47,254 nucleotides of DNA. Origin: a bacterium (GTDB lineage Archaea; Thermoproteota; Bathyarchaeia; 40CM-2-53-6). The notes below the pieces were generated by a model. The model was not told the DNA's origin. It saw only the letters and a program-made list of their open reading frames with translations, and did not search any database. The translations under genes and the position numbers were made by a program. This document shows, one piece after another, positions 27,421-36,603 of the stretch. Numbering within the stretch: position 1 is the first letter of the stretch; each line of letters starts with the position of its first letter. Location: positions 1 through 47,254 of the forward strand of contig JAJPJY010000091.1 of assembly GCA_021323995.1 (NCBI GenBank), in the 5' to 3' direction.

Positions 27421-27495
27421 ACTCCCCTTTCAACCGAAGACCTTTTTCTATCCCGATAATCACCGGAGGGACTAGACCGGAGAGAATCTGACAGT

Positions 27496-28056
27496 TTGCA
27501 ATCATCCCTAGAGAGAGTGAAAGGCGAGCAATGGGCAAGCATCCAAGACTTGAGCATAACAGCTTCCCCTCAAATCGCCAAACTCGACGATAACCTAGCG
27601 CTCACTGTCGGCTTCAAGCTCAAAGGAGGAATCAGGCGTAACTTCGTCCGACCACTTTGGGAGAAAGCGTACGACGAACACGATCTCGGACTCCGTATGG
27701 CCTACAGAGTTGACCTGTCCAAACAGAGGGTCAAGGTCTTGCCCGGTTCCGAACTCAAACGCGAAAAATTTGTCAGGCGAGCAGTATTCTTCTGGACTCG
27801 AAACCCAGAACTACCTTACAGGGTCTGGGCAACGGTCGCTACTGAATTCGAGACTATCCTCTACCCGAAAACTGAGGAAGAAGCTCAAACAATGCTGTTT
27901 GACGTTACCCGGAGCTTCGAACTATCAGCCTCAGAATTAGGCAAAGGACACCACACTCTCGAAGCCAAGGTTCACGCAAAATGGGGGAAGCACATCTTCA
28001 CAGAGAGAGGTGAAGCAACCGCCAAGACGCCCACTCTCAAAGTCGACGTGCGATAA
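27496..28056 (+). CDS. Hypothetical protein
   Basis: 186-aa ORF with beta-rich C-terminus. Confidence 0.7.
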   Translation: MQSSLERVKGEQWASIQDLSITASPQIAKLDDNLALTVGFKLKGGIRRNFVRPLWEKAYDEHDLGLRMAYRVDLSKQRVKVLPGSELKREKFVRRAVFFWTRNPELPYRVWATVATEFETILYPKTEEEAQTMLFDVTRSFELSASELGKGHHTLEAKVHAKWGKHIFTERGEATAKTPTLKVDVR

Positions 28057-28101
28057 ATAATCAAAGATTTAAGAAAGAAATCTGGCCAAGAAAACCACCG
28101 A

Positions 28102-28260
28102 GTGAGATTTGAATTGGCAAAGTACGATGGAATAATTGGACAAGATGTCCTGACTGTTACAGAAGGAGAGAACGAGCTTACGATAATCTTCCGCGACAAT
28201 CGATTCCTGTTCGTAAAAGTAATCAACGGAAAACTAGTCGCTGACTCAGTCCCCGAGTGA
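28102..28260 (+). CDS. Small hypothetical protein (52 aa, not in the ORF track)
   Basis: GTG start; MRFELAKYDGIIGQDVLTVTEGENELTIIFRDNRFLFVKVINGKLVADSVPE; AT-rich box about 30-35 nt upstream. Confidence 0.55.
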   Translation: MRFELAKYDGIIGQDVLTVTEGENELTIIFRDNRFLFVKVINGKLVADSVPE

Positions 28261-28307
28261 ACTGGATCTCGCGAACCGGTGCAAAGAGTTCGACGATCGA
28301 TCCTAGA

Positions 28308-29336
28308 CTATATTTTCAAAACTATCTTGCCAAAGTGTTCGCTTTTTTCCATCGTAGCCTGAGCCTTCGCCGCGTCAGATAGGGGAAACACGGAGTCGAC
28401 TACAGGCTTCAGTCGTCCGTCTTCGAAGAATTTCAAGACCTTGAGCAACTCGCCGCGTCCCCCCATGTAGGACCCCATCAGAGAAAACTGTCGGACGAAG
28501 ACGAAACGAATGTCGATCTCTGCCTTTCCACCACTTGTAACTCCACAGTTTACGAGCCGTCCCGCCGGGGCCATTGCCCGCATGCTCTTGTCCCAGGTAG
28601 CTTGACCGATGTGGTCGAAGATCACGTTCGCCTTTCGGCCGTTGGTGATTCGTTTGACTTCTGCGGGGACGTCTTGAGTATGATGGTTTACGACCCAATC
28701 GGCTCCAATTTTCTTGGCCTTTTCGAGCTTCTCGTCGTTTCCTGCGGTAGCAATTACTTTCGCACCGAGAACCTTCGCGACTTGGATTGCAGCGCTCCCC
28801 ACTCCGCTTCCGGCTGCCCAGACCAGCACGGTTTCCCCAGCAGTTAGGCGTGCTCTCGTCACTAGCATGTGCCAGGCTGTCAAGAAGACTAGGGGAACCG
28901 CTGCTGCTTCATCAAAGTTGAGATGACCAGGGATCGGTAGAACATTTTCCGAGGGCACAGCCACATACTCTGCGTATCCTCCTTGGGTTTCGTAGCCGAT
29001 GATCTTGTAAGATTCGCAGAGACTATCCCAGCCCGTAGCACAGTATTCGCAAGTTCCGTCACTGATTCCTGGCGCGATCAGAACTCTGTCGCCTAGTCTG
29101 TGATTTTTGGCCAGACTTCCGACTTGAGCCACTTCGCCTGAAATGTCGCACCCTGAAATGTGAGGCATAGGAATCCTTTCTCCTCGAGTTCCTTGCCTTG
29201 CCCATATGTCGAGACGGTTCAGTGCGCATGCTCTGACGCGGATCAGAACTTCGGTCTCACTAACCTTCGGCTCTGGGACATCCTCATAGCTCAGCTTTTC
29301 TGGACCGCCAAATTCTCGAAACACAACGGCCTTCAA
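28308..29336 (-). CDS. Zinc-binding dehydrogenase / quinone oxidoreductase (MDR family)
   Basis: PHISGCDISG, GGYAEY, AAGSGVGSAAIQ, HFGKIVL. Confidence 0.93.
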   Translation of the reverse strand: MKAVVFREFGGPEKLSYEDVPEPKVSETEVLIRVRACALNRLDIWARQGTRGERIPMPHISGCDISGEVAQVGSLAKNHRLGDRVLIAPGISDGTCEYCATGWDSLCESYKIIGYETQGGYAEYVAVPSENVLPIPGHLNFDEAAAVPLVFLTAWHMLVTRARLTAGETVLVWAAGSGVGSAAIQVAKVLGAKVIATAGNDEKLEKAKKIGADWVVNHHTQDVPAEVKRITNGRKANVIFDHIGQATWDKSMRAMAPAGRLVNCGVTSGGKAEIDIRFVFVRQFSLMGSYMGGRGELLKVLKFFEDGRLKPVVDSVFPLSDAAKAQATMEKSEHFGKIVLKI

Positions 29337-29456
29337 TTTTCGTCGGGCTCCTCGGGAGCAGTGCTCGGTTTAAGCTCCATGCTATGCTCCACTGATCTGC
29401 CTACACTTATTTAGAACAGATTCATTCAGGACCTTCATTCTAGAGGAACCGTTCAG

Positions 29457-29903
29457 TTGAACTCGCCGGAGCAGGCAGAATCAGAGAGAGTTGCGAGCGA
29501 GCTCAAGGGGAACACTCTTCGAGTGTATTGGTATGTGATGAACGCGAACAAGCAGACGGTCGGCGTTCGTGAGGTTCAGAGAGCCCTCACCTTTTCGAGT
29601 CCCACTCTTGCCCTCTATCATCTTGACAAACTCAAGGATCTTGGGCTAGTCTCAAAAGACTCTGGAGAATACCGCCTCATCAAAGAAGTGAAGGTTGACG
29701 TTCTCAAACAATTCCTCCGTCTGGGAGGAGTCTTCGTACCTAGATTCGCCTTGTACGCCTCCCTCTTCACCGCACTATTCGTCTATTACGTTATAATCAT
29801 ACCAGATCTCAACCTATTCACGTTCTTCGGTCTTATCTTCGGCGGATTAGGCTCCGCTATTTTCTGGTTTGAGACCTGGAAAGCTTGGAAACAACAGCCG
29901 TGA
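29457..29903 (+). CDS. Membrane-anchored winged-helix regulator
   Basis: GVREVQRALTFSSPTLALYHLDKL...GLV followed by two TM helices. Confidence 0.8.
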   Translation: MNSPEQAESERVASELKGNTLRVYWYVMNANKQTVGVREVQRALTFSSPTLALYHLDKLKDLGLVSKDSGEYRLIKEVKVDVLKQFLRLGGVFVPRFALYASLFTALFVYYVIIIPDLNLFTFFGLIFGGLGSAIFWFETWKAWKQQP

Positions 29904-29990
29904 CCGTACAACGATTGAACAAGCCGATCAAAATCGTAGGTCTATCACTCGGATAGCCCTCTCTAAGGGAGAAGAACCACGACCAATCCT

Positions 29991-30602
29991 ATGACGAAAA
30001 AGCTGGTTGGATATGGCATTGTTGGGCTCGTGATTGCAGTTGCCCTCATAGCTGGATTACAGGTAAGGCCACAGAGCGTCTTACCATCGATGGGAAACCT
30101 TCAGATCTCGATAACAGGCGATCCGACAACAAGTGATCCCCTGAATGTAACATGCCATGGCAATTCAAGTCACGGCGGGCAAGACGGGCAAATTTTGAAT
30201 CTCACAAGTCTCGTCGTGAATATTTCCTCAGTACAAGTCCATAGGACAGGTGAGTTGAATCTCACTGGGGACTGGATCACAATTCCCAATGCTCCAAAGA
30301 CTCTGGATCTCTTGAGTCTCAAGACTTTCAATCAAATAATCGGTTCGACGAGCATGCCTGATGGCGTGATAAGTCTCGTGAGACTAACGGTAGGCTCTAC
30401 AGCGACAGCGGGAATCGGAACTGGTTCAAAGACTGTGACTGTTTCTAGTGGACATTTAGATGCTCAAACGAGTGCGCAGGTGACTAGCGGAAGAGTAACC
30501 AGCATCACTCTAGAACTCGTGCAGCCACACGTCGTATGTCAGGGGAACGGAGATCTCAGGCTCACTCCGGAGCTAACTGTTACTTCAGAGTCCACTGACT
30601 AA
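29991..30602 (+). CDS. Secreted/membrane-anchored DUF4382-like protein
   Basis: N-terminal anchor; LQISITGDP, VNISSVQVH, TLDLLSL. Confidence 0.7.
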   Translation: MTKKLVGYGIVGLVIAVALIAGLQVRPQSVLPSMGNLQISITGDPTTSDPLNVTCHGNSSHGGQDGQILNLTSLVVNISSVQVHRTGELNLTGDWITIPNAPKTLDLLSLKTFNQIIGSTSMPDGVISLVRLTVGSTATAGIGTGSKTVTVSSGHLDAQTSAQVTSGRVTSITLELVQPHVVCQGNGDLRLTPELTVTSESTD

Positions 30603-30634
30603 GTCGAGCACGGGATTCGAGAATTCTCCTGAAT

Positions 30635-30781
30635 TGGTAGCGGGGGGTGGAGTTTCGGGTCCCACTCGGGCCCTTCGAACCACCGCTTGAGGATCGAAGG
30701 CTTCGATCAATCTCAGGGTTATGAGCCCTGCGGGTTAAACCTGGATAAGCTTCTCTGTGAGAGAATCTACCCCACCCCGCT
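30635..30781 (-). tRNA. Initiator tRNA-Met (CAT) with three introns at 15/16, 47/48 and 59/60; CCA encoded
   Basis: Exons 30781-30767, 30744-30710, 30685-30674 and 30651-30635 splice to a 79-nt cloverleaf with A1-U72, three GC pairs closing the anticodon stem, loop CTCATAA and T-loop TTCGAAT. Confidence 0.95.
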
Positions 30782-30807
30782 ACAAACCGGAAGCGAACCG
30801 AGCCGGC

Positions 30808-30813
30808 TTTAAA
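30808..30813 (-). promoter_or_regulatory. TATA box of the tRNA-iMet gene
   Basis: TTTAAA 27-32 nt upstream of the tRNA 5' end. Confidence 0.6.
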
Positions 30814-30850
30814 GCCTTAACCATCCGCAAAAGAAACAGGCTAGGAATTC

Positions 30851-32131
30851 TTACCTCACTGTGTTGCCGGGGCGGCTCAGATGTCGGCGTGCTGATACAA
30901 CAGCAGTGTAAGTGGCGAGCTGTAAGCTTCTTGGTGTCACAATTCTGATCGTGGTTCCAGTTTCATTATGGAGGCCACATTTCTTGCACCTTAATCCTTG
31001 GCCTCGTCCCATCGACTCACATCGACTACCGCATAAATTGCAGATTGGATTCTCTTTGTTGACATTCTCGACTAGTGACAAGAGGTCGATTTTCTCTAGG
31101 TTTAGAGTCGGCTTTCCGTTTCTGTATCTACGGATTCCGCCATAGACCCTAGCCCTGTCGCCAGGCAGCAGATCTCTCGCCGCAGCCTTGAGAGATCGTG
31201 TGGGAGCATACGCGGCGCAACTCAACGACCCTGTCTCATCGCTGAGCTGAAAGATCACGTGTCCGCCTCTGACGATTTTAGGAACGGTGTCGACTCTCCC
31301 TGTGACAACAGCTGATTGATAGCGCGCCAGCTCGATTACTTTTCTATGCTGTGTCAGATGTGCGTCAGTACCTTGGTTTGTCTTGAAGATCATGATCCGC
31401 TCAACAGTCTCGTTGATTTGCACTCGATTGAACGCGTCCTGTACCCCTTGGGGAGTCAGACCTCTGATTCCCAGGAGGACAGGATCCGGACCATGCGGGC
31501 AAACTAGAATTCTACCCGATTCAGGATCAAGATTATGGAATGTTCCGGAGCCTTGTTTGGAATCCATGACTTTGATAGATTCGCTGTTCACCCGCCTAGA
31601 GGTTCCCAGATTTTCCCTAGTTCTGTATGCGATAATCTCGAATGTGTGCGCTACCGAATCGAGTCCAGCGCCGATTGACGCTAATGACCCGATGAGACCC
31701 CGGGAACCCTTCAACAAATGGGTCTCAACTGACGCCTTTCGCGCTACCGATCGTGCTTGATCAATCGAGAGCACATTGTGAAGCGCTGAGAGTGAGTATT
31801 CCTGCAGGATCATCGGGACCGGACCTCTCAGGAACACGACTGCGGGGTCGGCTCTTTTGTCGGACAAATGGGCTGTTTCTTTAGTGATTCTAACGGCTAG
31901 ATGCTGAACTGTTTCAATCTGGTCTTCATCAATGATGAGATGAATTGAGATGGCACCGTTCCCCCGAGTCTTCCATGGAATGTTCGGATTTAGTCTGACG
32001 AGCCAGGGATAATCTGAAGGCCGAATTCCAATGTCATAGAGTTCTTGATAGAGGACGGCGCCTGTGTAGGTTGTGCAGCCTCCTGACTCCGAGTCTGTGT
32101 CATCGATGCCGATGTGAAACTCCGTTGGCAT
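30851..32131 (-). CDS. tiaS: tRNA(Ile2) 2-agmatinylcytidine synthase
   Basis: IGIDDTDS..GGCTT, LVRLNPNIPWKTRGNGA, PHGPDPVLLGIRG, TNQGTDAH, OB fold, C-terminal Zn ribbon. Confidence 0.96.
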   Translation of the reverse strand: MPTEFHIGIDDTDSESGGCTTYTGAVLYQELYDIGIRPSDYPWLVRLNPNIPWKTRGNGAISIHLIIDEDQIETVQHLAVRITKETAHLSDKRADPAVVFLRGPVPMILQEYSLSALHNVLSIDQARSVARKASVETHLLKGSRGLIGSLASIGAGLDSVAHTFEIIAYRTRENLGTSRRVNSESIKVMDSKQGSGTFHNLDPESGRILVCPHGPDPVLLGIRGLTPQGVQDAFNRVQINETVERIMIFKTNQGTDAHLTQHRKVIELARYQSAVVTGRVDTVPKIVRGGHVIFQLSDETGSLSCAAYAPTRSLKAAARDLLPGDRARVYGGIRRYRNGKPTLNLEKIDLLSLVENVNKENPICNLCGSRCESMGRGQGLRCKKCGLHNETGTTIRIVTPRSLQLATYTAVVSARRHLSRPGNTVR

Positions 32132-32184
32132 GTTACGCCACGAAGAACCGAGGATTCTGGAGTGTCGAGATTGGCTCTTGGAGA

Positions 32185-32418
32185 CTAGTTCTCGATCACT
32201 ATCATCGTGAGGGTTGATTTGACCTTGTTGAGTCGGCGGACCTTCCAGGTTATGATCTCTTTGAGCTTGTCCATGGTGTCTGCCGCGACCTTTGCGACGA
32301 TATCGTATACCCCATACACCATGTATGCCTCCTTAACATTGGCCACAGCTTTCAGCTCTTTGACTACCGCGTCTTCGGATCCGATTTCCGCGTTTATCAG
32401 GACAAACGCCATGGGCAT
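32185..32418 (-). CDS. Stand-alone Lrp/AsnC ligand-binding domain protein
   Basis: AFVLIN...VYGVYDIVAKV...STLTMIV. Confidence 0.9.
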   Translation of the reverse strand: MPMAFVLINAEIGSEDAVVKELKAVANVKEAYMVYGVYDIVAKVAADTMDKLKEIITWKVRRLNKVKSTLTMIVIEN

Positions 32419-32574
32419 CGTTTAGCAGCCTCGGCGGTGTACTACTAGGTCTTTCGTTTTAAGCTTTGACCCGAATAGGCTCGACACTAATGCTGAGTAG
32501 TACCGGCCGTTTACTAGCGATGGTTCCAGAACTGATATCGTTCGTCCCCAAGGCAACCAGAATTCCGAGTTCAA

Positions 32575-33384
32575 ATGATTCCCTCGGTTCCCTCGTCACT
32601 GGACTTGGCAGCATTGCTAGTGACCGTGGGCGTCTTCATTGCCGCCTCACTTAGCGACTTGAAGACTAGGGAGATCTCTAACAAGTTCTGGCTCGTCTAC
32701 GGACCCATAGCAGGATTGATCTTTGCCTTACGACTAGTGTATGCTCCGGATTCTATTCCGATCTTCTTGGTTTCTGGTGGTGCTTCGATTGTTGTTTCAT
32801 TCTTGTTATTCCAGTTCGGCGTCATGGGAGGAGCTGATAGTAAAGCAATGATGTGTCTTGCCCTTGCTCTGCCAGTAGCGCCAAGCTTTCTCAATCCTTT
32901 CTGGCAACCACCCTTTGTTTTTTACCCCTTCCCAATCGCCATCCTAGTGAATTCGTTCCTTCTATCAATAGGATCAGCAGTCTTCCTCCTCGGGAAAAAT
33001 CTAGTGCAGCGAGCTTCAGCCGGGAGAGGGTTGTTCCAAGGATTCGAACGTGAATCGATTCTTAGGAAAGTTCTAGTCATGTTGACATCATACAAGACCA
33101 GTTTCAGTTCGCTAGAGTCCAAAGTGTACCTGTATCCAGCCGAGGAAGTCGCAGTTGTCGATTCCAAACCTGTCAGACAATTTCACTTAGTGGCCTCTGC
33201 GGCAGAAGAACGCGACAAGATGGTTAGTGGCCTAGAGGGCTACAAGAACCAGGGCATGTTCTCTGACGGTGTATGGGTGACACCCGGTCTCCCACATCTC
33301 GTCTTTCTGACTGCAAGCCTCTTGGTAACAGTAGTTATCGGCGATTTGATGATGTGGCTCTTCTTTAGAGCAGTAGGTTATTGA
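32575..33384 (+). CDS. Prepilin/prearchaellin peptidase (A24, PibD/FlaK family)
   Basis: ASLSDLKTREI, MGGADSKA (GxGD-like) and C-terminal VWVTPGLP. Confidence 0.92.
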   Translation: MIPSVPSSLDLAALLVTVGVFIAASLSDLKTREISNKFWLVYGPIAGLIFALRLVYAPDSIPIFLVSGGASIVVSFLLFQFGVMGGADSKAMMCLALALPVAPSFLNPFWQPPFVFYPFPIAILVNSFLLSIGSAVFLLGKNLVQRASAGRGLFQGFERESILRKVLVMLTSYKTSFSSLESKVYLYPAEEVAVVDSKPVRQFHLVASAAEERDKMVSGLEGYKNQGMFSDGVWVTPGLPHLVFLTASLLVTVVIGDLMMWLFFRAVGY

Positions 33385-34265
33385 TGATGTCAACAGAAAC
33401 TAGTTTAAAAACCGTCGTCAGTGAACCGCGAAGTCTAGGCGTAAAAGTATTGGCCGCCGACGAGTTCAGCGTACAGTCACTGATGAAACTCGGCCTCACC
33501 GAATATGAGGCTAGAATCTACGTTGTCCTGACCAAGATGGGACCAAGAAACGCAAGCGAGATCAGCTTCCTAGGCAAAGTGCCTAGGCCCAAAACATACG
33601 GCGCCATACGAGGACTCGAAAGCAAAGGACTGTTACGGATCGTTCCCGGCAAACCGGAAAGATACATGGCAGTCTCACCCAACGACGTACTCGTTCCACT
33701 AGTTGACAAGCTGAACAAGGAGACCGGCGAATGCGTCCAGGTCGTTGAGAACCTTGCCATGGCCTTCGAATCGTCAAAGTACGTCTACACAGAAAAGCCA
33801 TACGAAAGATACGACCTATGGAGTGTCAGAGGCAGAGACAAGGTCTACAAGAGAATACAAGACATGATCGGAGAAGCCAAAGTCAACGTCTGCTTCACCA
33901 CAACCGCCAATGGGCTTGTAAGGATCTACAAAGCACACTCAGAGGTTCTAGAGAAAGCTGCTGATAGAGGAGCAAAGGTCAAGGTCATGGCACCAGTAAA
34001 CCAGACGAACGCAAGCGTCGCCAGAGAACTCGGCGAGGTCATAGAAGTCAGAAACGTATCTGTGCCGATAATGCACTTTGCAAGCGCCGACTCTGCAGAA
34101 ATTATCTTCATAGAAGACATTCCGGACGACACAAACGTGAACGCTGGACAAGACGTCGCTACATGGACAAACGATCCGTTGCTAGTCAAGTCGCACGAGA
34201 AAATATTCGAACAGACCTGGTCCACACTCCAGCCGAAAGAAGCCGCCAAGGCTAAAGCTCGCTAG
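33381..34265 (+). CDS. TrmB family transcriptional regulator
   Basis: LGLTEYEARIY...VPRPKTYGAIRGLESKGL HTH plus C-terminal effector domain. Confidence 0.92.
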   Translation: MMMSTETSLKTVVSEPRSLGVKVLAADEFSVQSLMKLGLTEYEARIYVVLTKMGPRNASEISFLGKVPRPKTYGAIRGLESKGLLRIVPGKPERYMAVSPNDVLVPLVDKLNKETGECVQVVENLAMAFESSKYVYTEKPYERYDLWSVRGRDKVYKRIQDMIGEAKVNVCFTTTANGLVRIYKAHSEVLEKAADRGAKVKVMAPVNQTNASVARELGEVIEVRNVSVPIMHFASADSAEIIFIEDIPDDTNVNAGQDVATWTNDPLLVKSHEKIFEQTWSTLQPKEAAKAKAR

Positions 34266-34455
34266 CAACTCCAGAGATCGCGGCTCCAGTTTTCTTTGAG
34301 CCGCTCACACTCTTTCAGGAATCCAGGAATATCCTGGACTCTTGCCAGATATCCTGCTAAAGCCTAGGATACGATCCAGAGATAATGTAACTGATTGAGA
34401 ATTCTGGAAGTTACAGGATGCATATGTTGGGTGCGGCTTTGGGTATAGTCGTGGC

Positions 34456-34752
34456 TTGTGGGCAAGGTCCAGGCTACAACCCCAGAGCGAGAAACACTTG
34501 AGTCGGATAAATCGTTCCAAGGATACGCTACGGGACAAGATACTGCACGTTCTCTCCGGCGCTACCATACCCATGGACGTCGAGAATGTCAGGATCAAGT
34601 CGGGACTGAAGAACTGGGAAAGCACCAAAGCGTTGCTTCTCGAGCTCGTGGTGGAAGGAATCATCAGCGGACAAAAGACGACAAAATCTTGGGTTTTCTG
34701 GGTAGACCACACGGATACCCGGATGAGCATCGCGGGGAGAAACCACGCATGA
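34456..34752 (+). CDS. Small winged-helix protein
   Basis: LRDKILHVL...NWESTKALLLELVVEGII.GQKT..SWVF; start uncertain. Confidence 0.6.
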   Translation: MWARSRLQPQSEKHLSRINRSKDTLRDKILHVLSGATIPMDVENVRIKSGLKNWESTKALLLELVVEGIISGQKTTKSWVFWVDHTDTRMSIAGRNHA

Positions 34753-34894
34753 ACACGGCTCCTAGAAACTTCCACTCGATACCAACGGTACCAACGCGCA
34801 CATCAACGCCGTCTTCTCGATATGTCCCGGCTTGCACCCAAACTGGGGAACTAGCAGAGACAAGCCCACGGGAAACACGAAAGGAGTGAAAAAA

Positions 34895-35401
34895 ATGAGA
34901 AAAATAACAGGGAACAAGAAAGGCATCGACACAATACTCGCAGCACTGCTCATGGTCGTAATCGTCGTCGTCGCCGCAGTCATGGTCTACGCATGGTCAA
35001 CAGGACTACTCGGAACATTGCTCGTCAATCCTAACAACAACAAAGAAGGACCACTCGAGGCGGACAACTCTGCAATATGCGCCTCAAGCCAAACCTGCAA
35101 CTACCTAACGATCAACATAAGAAACGCTGGAACACTCGCAGTCACCCTCAACTCATACTATATTACTGACAGCAGCGGCAACCAATGGGCCAATACCGCA
35201 TACAACAATAATACATCAATAGCGCCGAACGCGGTCGCGGTATTCACTCTATACGTTGGCTCAGGCAAGGGTTGCACTTACTCCGGCGCCTCTTCAGGAA
35301 ACTTCTACAATAGCAACAACGGCGGATTCCCGAGCGGCTCCTACACACTCAAAGTAGTCACTGCCAGGAATAATCCATTCACCTTCACTGTTTCCAAGTA
35401 G
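34895..35401 (+). CDS. Type IV pilin 1
   Basis: Class III signal KKG/IDTILAALLMVVIVVVAAV; AGGAG upstream of ATG 34895. Confidence 0.9.
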   Translation: MRKITGNKKGIDTILAALLMVVIVVVAAVMVYAWSTGLLGTLLVNPNNNKEGPLEADNSAICASSQTCNYLTINIRNAGTLAVTLNSYYITDSSGNQWANTAYNNNTSIAPNAVAVFTLYVGSGKGCTYSGASSGNFYNSNNGGFPSGSYTLKVVTARNNPFTFTVSK

Positions 35402-35416
35402 TTCGGTGATCAAGCG

Positions 35417-35962
35417 ATGATAAGCAAGCGAAATCTCAACCACAACAGAAAAGGCATCCAAACTATCCTCGCAGCACTGCTCATGGTCGTAATCGTCGTC
35501 GTCGCCGCAGTCATGGTCTATGCTTGGTCAACGGGACTTCTCGGAACTTTGCTTGTGAATCCTAACAATAACAAGGAGGGACCACTAACACTAGACACGA
35601 CTGGGACGTTTCCGAGCAACAACAACGTTACGCTCTACATTAGGAACAGCGGCACTCTCGGGGTTACTTTGACCTCGTTCTATGTCTATGACTCGTCTAA
35701 TGATATCTGGCAGGCTATCAGTTGGACTAACGGGCCGAGCATCAGTCCTAACGCGGTTGTTAGTGTGACAATGTCTGTTCCAACGACTCAGGGCGGCACT
35801 ACTTGCTATGCTAGTATTGCCGGCGCGGCCTATGCGAGCACTACCTGCAGCTATATTGCAGGCTCCGGAACATTCCAGTCTGGATTCTTCCAACCCGGCC
35901 AGTACACTGTCAAAGTGATCACTTCGCGCAACAACCCCTTCACCTTCACCGTGACAAAGTGA
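35417..35962 (+). CDS. Type IV pilin 2 (paralog of pilin 1)
   Basis: RKG/IQTILAALLMVVIVVVAAV; shared C-terminal RNNPFTFTV. Confidence 0.9.
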   Translation: MISKRNLNHNRKGIQTILAALLMVVIVVVAAVMVYAWSTGLLGTLLVNPNNNKEGPLTLDTTGTFPSNNNVTLYIRNSGTLGVTLTSFYVYDSSNDIWQAISWTNGPSISPNAVVSVTMSVPTTQGGTTCYASIAGAAYASTTCSYIAGSGTFQSGFFQPGQYTVKVITSRNNPFTFTVTK

Positions 35963-36062
35963 GCAACCCATGTTGGCGTGTCGATATGCCTGGTCTGAAC
36001 TCCCCGGTTTTTAGAAACCGTATCTGAACAAGAAAAAAAGAATAGGAGAAAGAGGAAAAGAA

Positions 36063-36602
36063 ATGGGCCTAGTAAGATGGGCAAAGAAAACACTCGATAG
36101 AAACCGTAGGTCACGGAGCGCCATCAGTACCATAATGGCAAACCTGACCATGCTAATCATAGTCGTAGTCCTAAGTTCAATATTATTCGTCTGGGCGATA
36201 TCCAGCTTCGGCGCCTACCAAGGCGGAGCAGGATACTGGTTCTCGAGCAGAAGCCTCGCCAACCAGGAGAGATTATCGATTGAAGGAGCATACTTCTACA
36301 CTTCAGGCGGCACAAACTACGCGCTAATCTATGTCCGAAACGTAGGAACCATTCCATTCACAATCGCGTCTGTCTACCTCAACCAGACACTCTACCAATG
36401 GACCCCACTCTTACAGTACAACGTATCCCAGGTCTATCCAGTAGGCCTGATTCCCTCTCAAGTCCCCGCTTACAACGCGAATCCGGGAACCTACTCGGGA
36501 CTCTGCATGACATGCGCTCCACAAACATTGTCACATGGACTGTGGACCGTAACAGTTGCGACCCAACGTGGCACCGTCATTAGCACAACAGTGGTGTACT
36601 AA
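36063..36602 (+). CDS. Type IV pilin-like protein (minor pilin)
   Basis: RSA/ISTIMANLTMLIIVVVL; ERLSIE, IYVRNVG, VATQRG. Confidence 0.85.
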   Translation: MGLVRWAKKTLDRNRRSRSAISTIMANLTMLIIVVVLSSILFVWAISSFGAYQGGAGYWFSSRSLANQERLSIEGAYFYTSGGTNYALIYVRNVGTIPFTIASVYLNQTLYQWTPLLQYNVSQVYPVGLIPSQVPAYNANPGTYSGLCMTCAPQTLSHGLWTVTVATQRGTVISTTVVY

Positions 36603-36603
36603 G

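Noticed and set aside
30635..30781. tRNA-iMet as the integration site of the element
   Set aside because: It lies about 7 kb outside the element and I found no duplicate of its 3' end; the direct repeats are at 8153 and 23694
34937..35520. Diversity-generating retroelement TR/VR pair
   Set aside because: The repeat covers the conserved hydrophobic N-terminus, differences are not adenine-specific, and there is no reverse transcriptase
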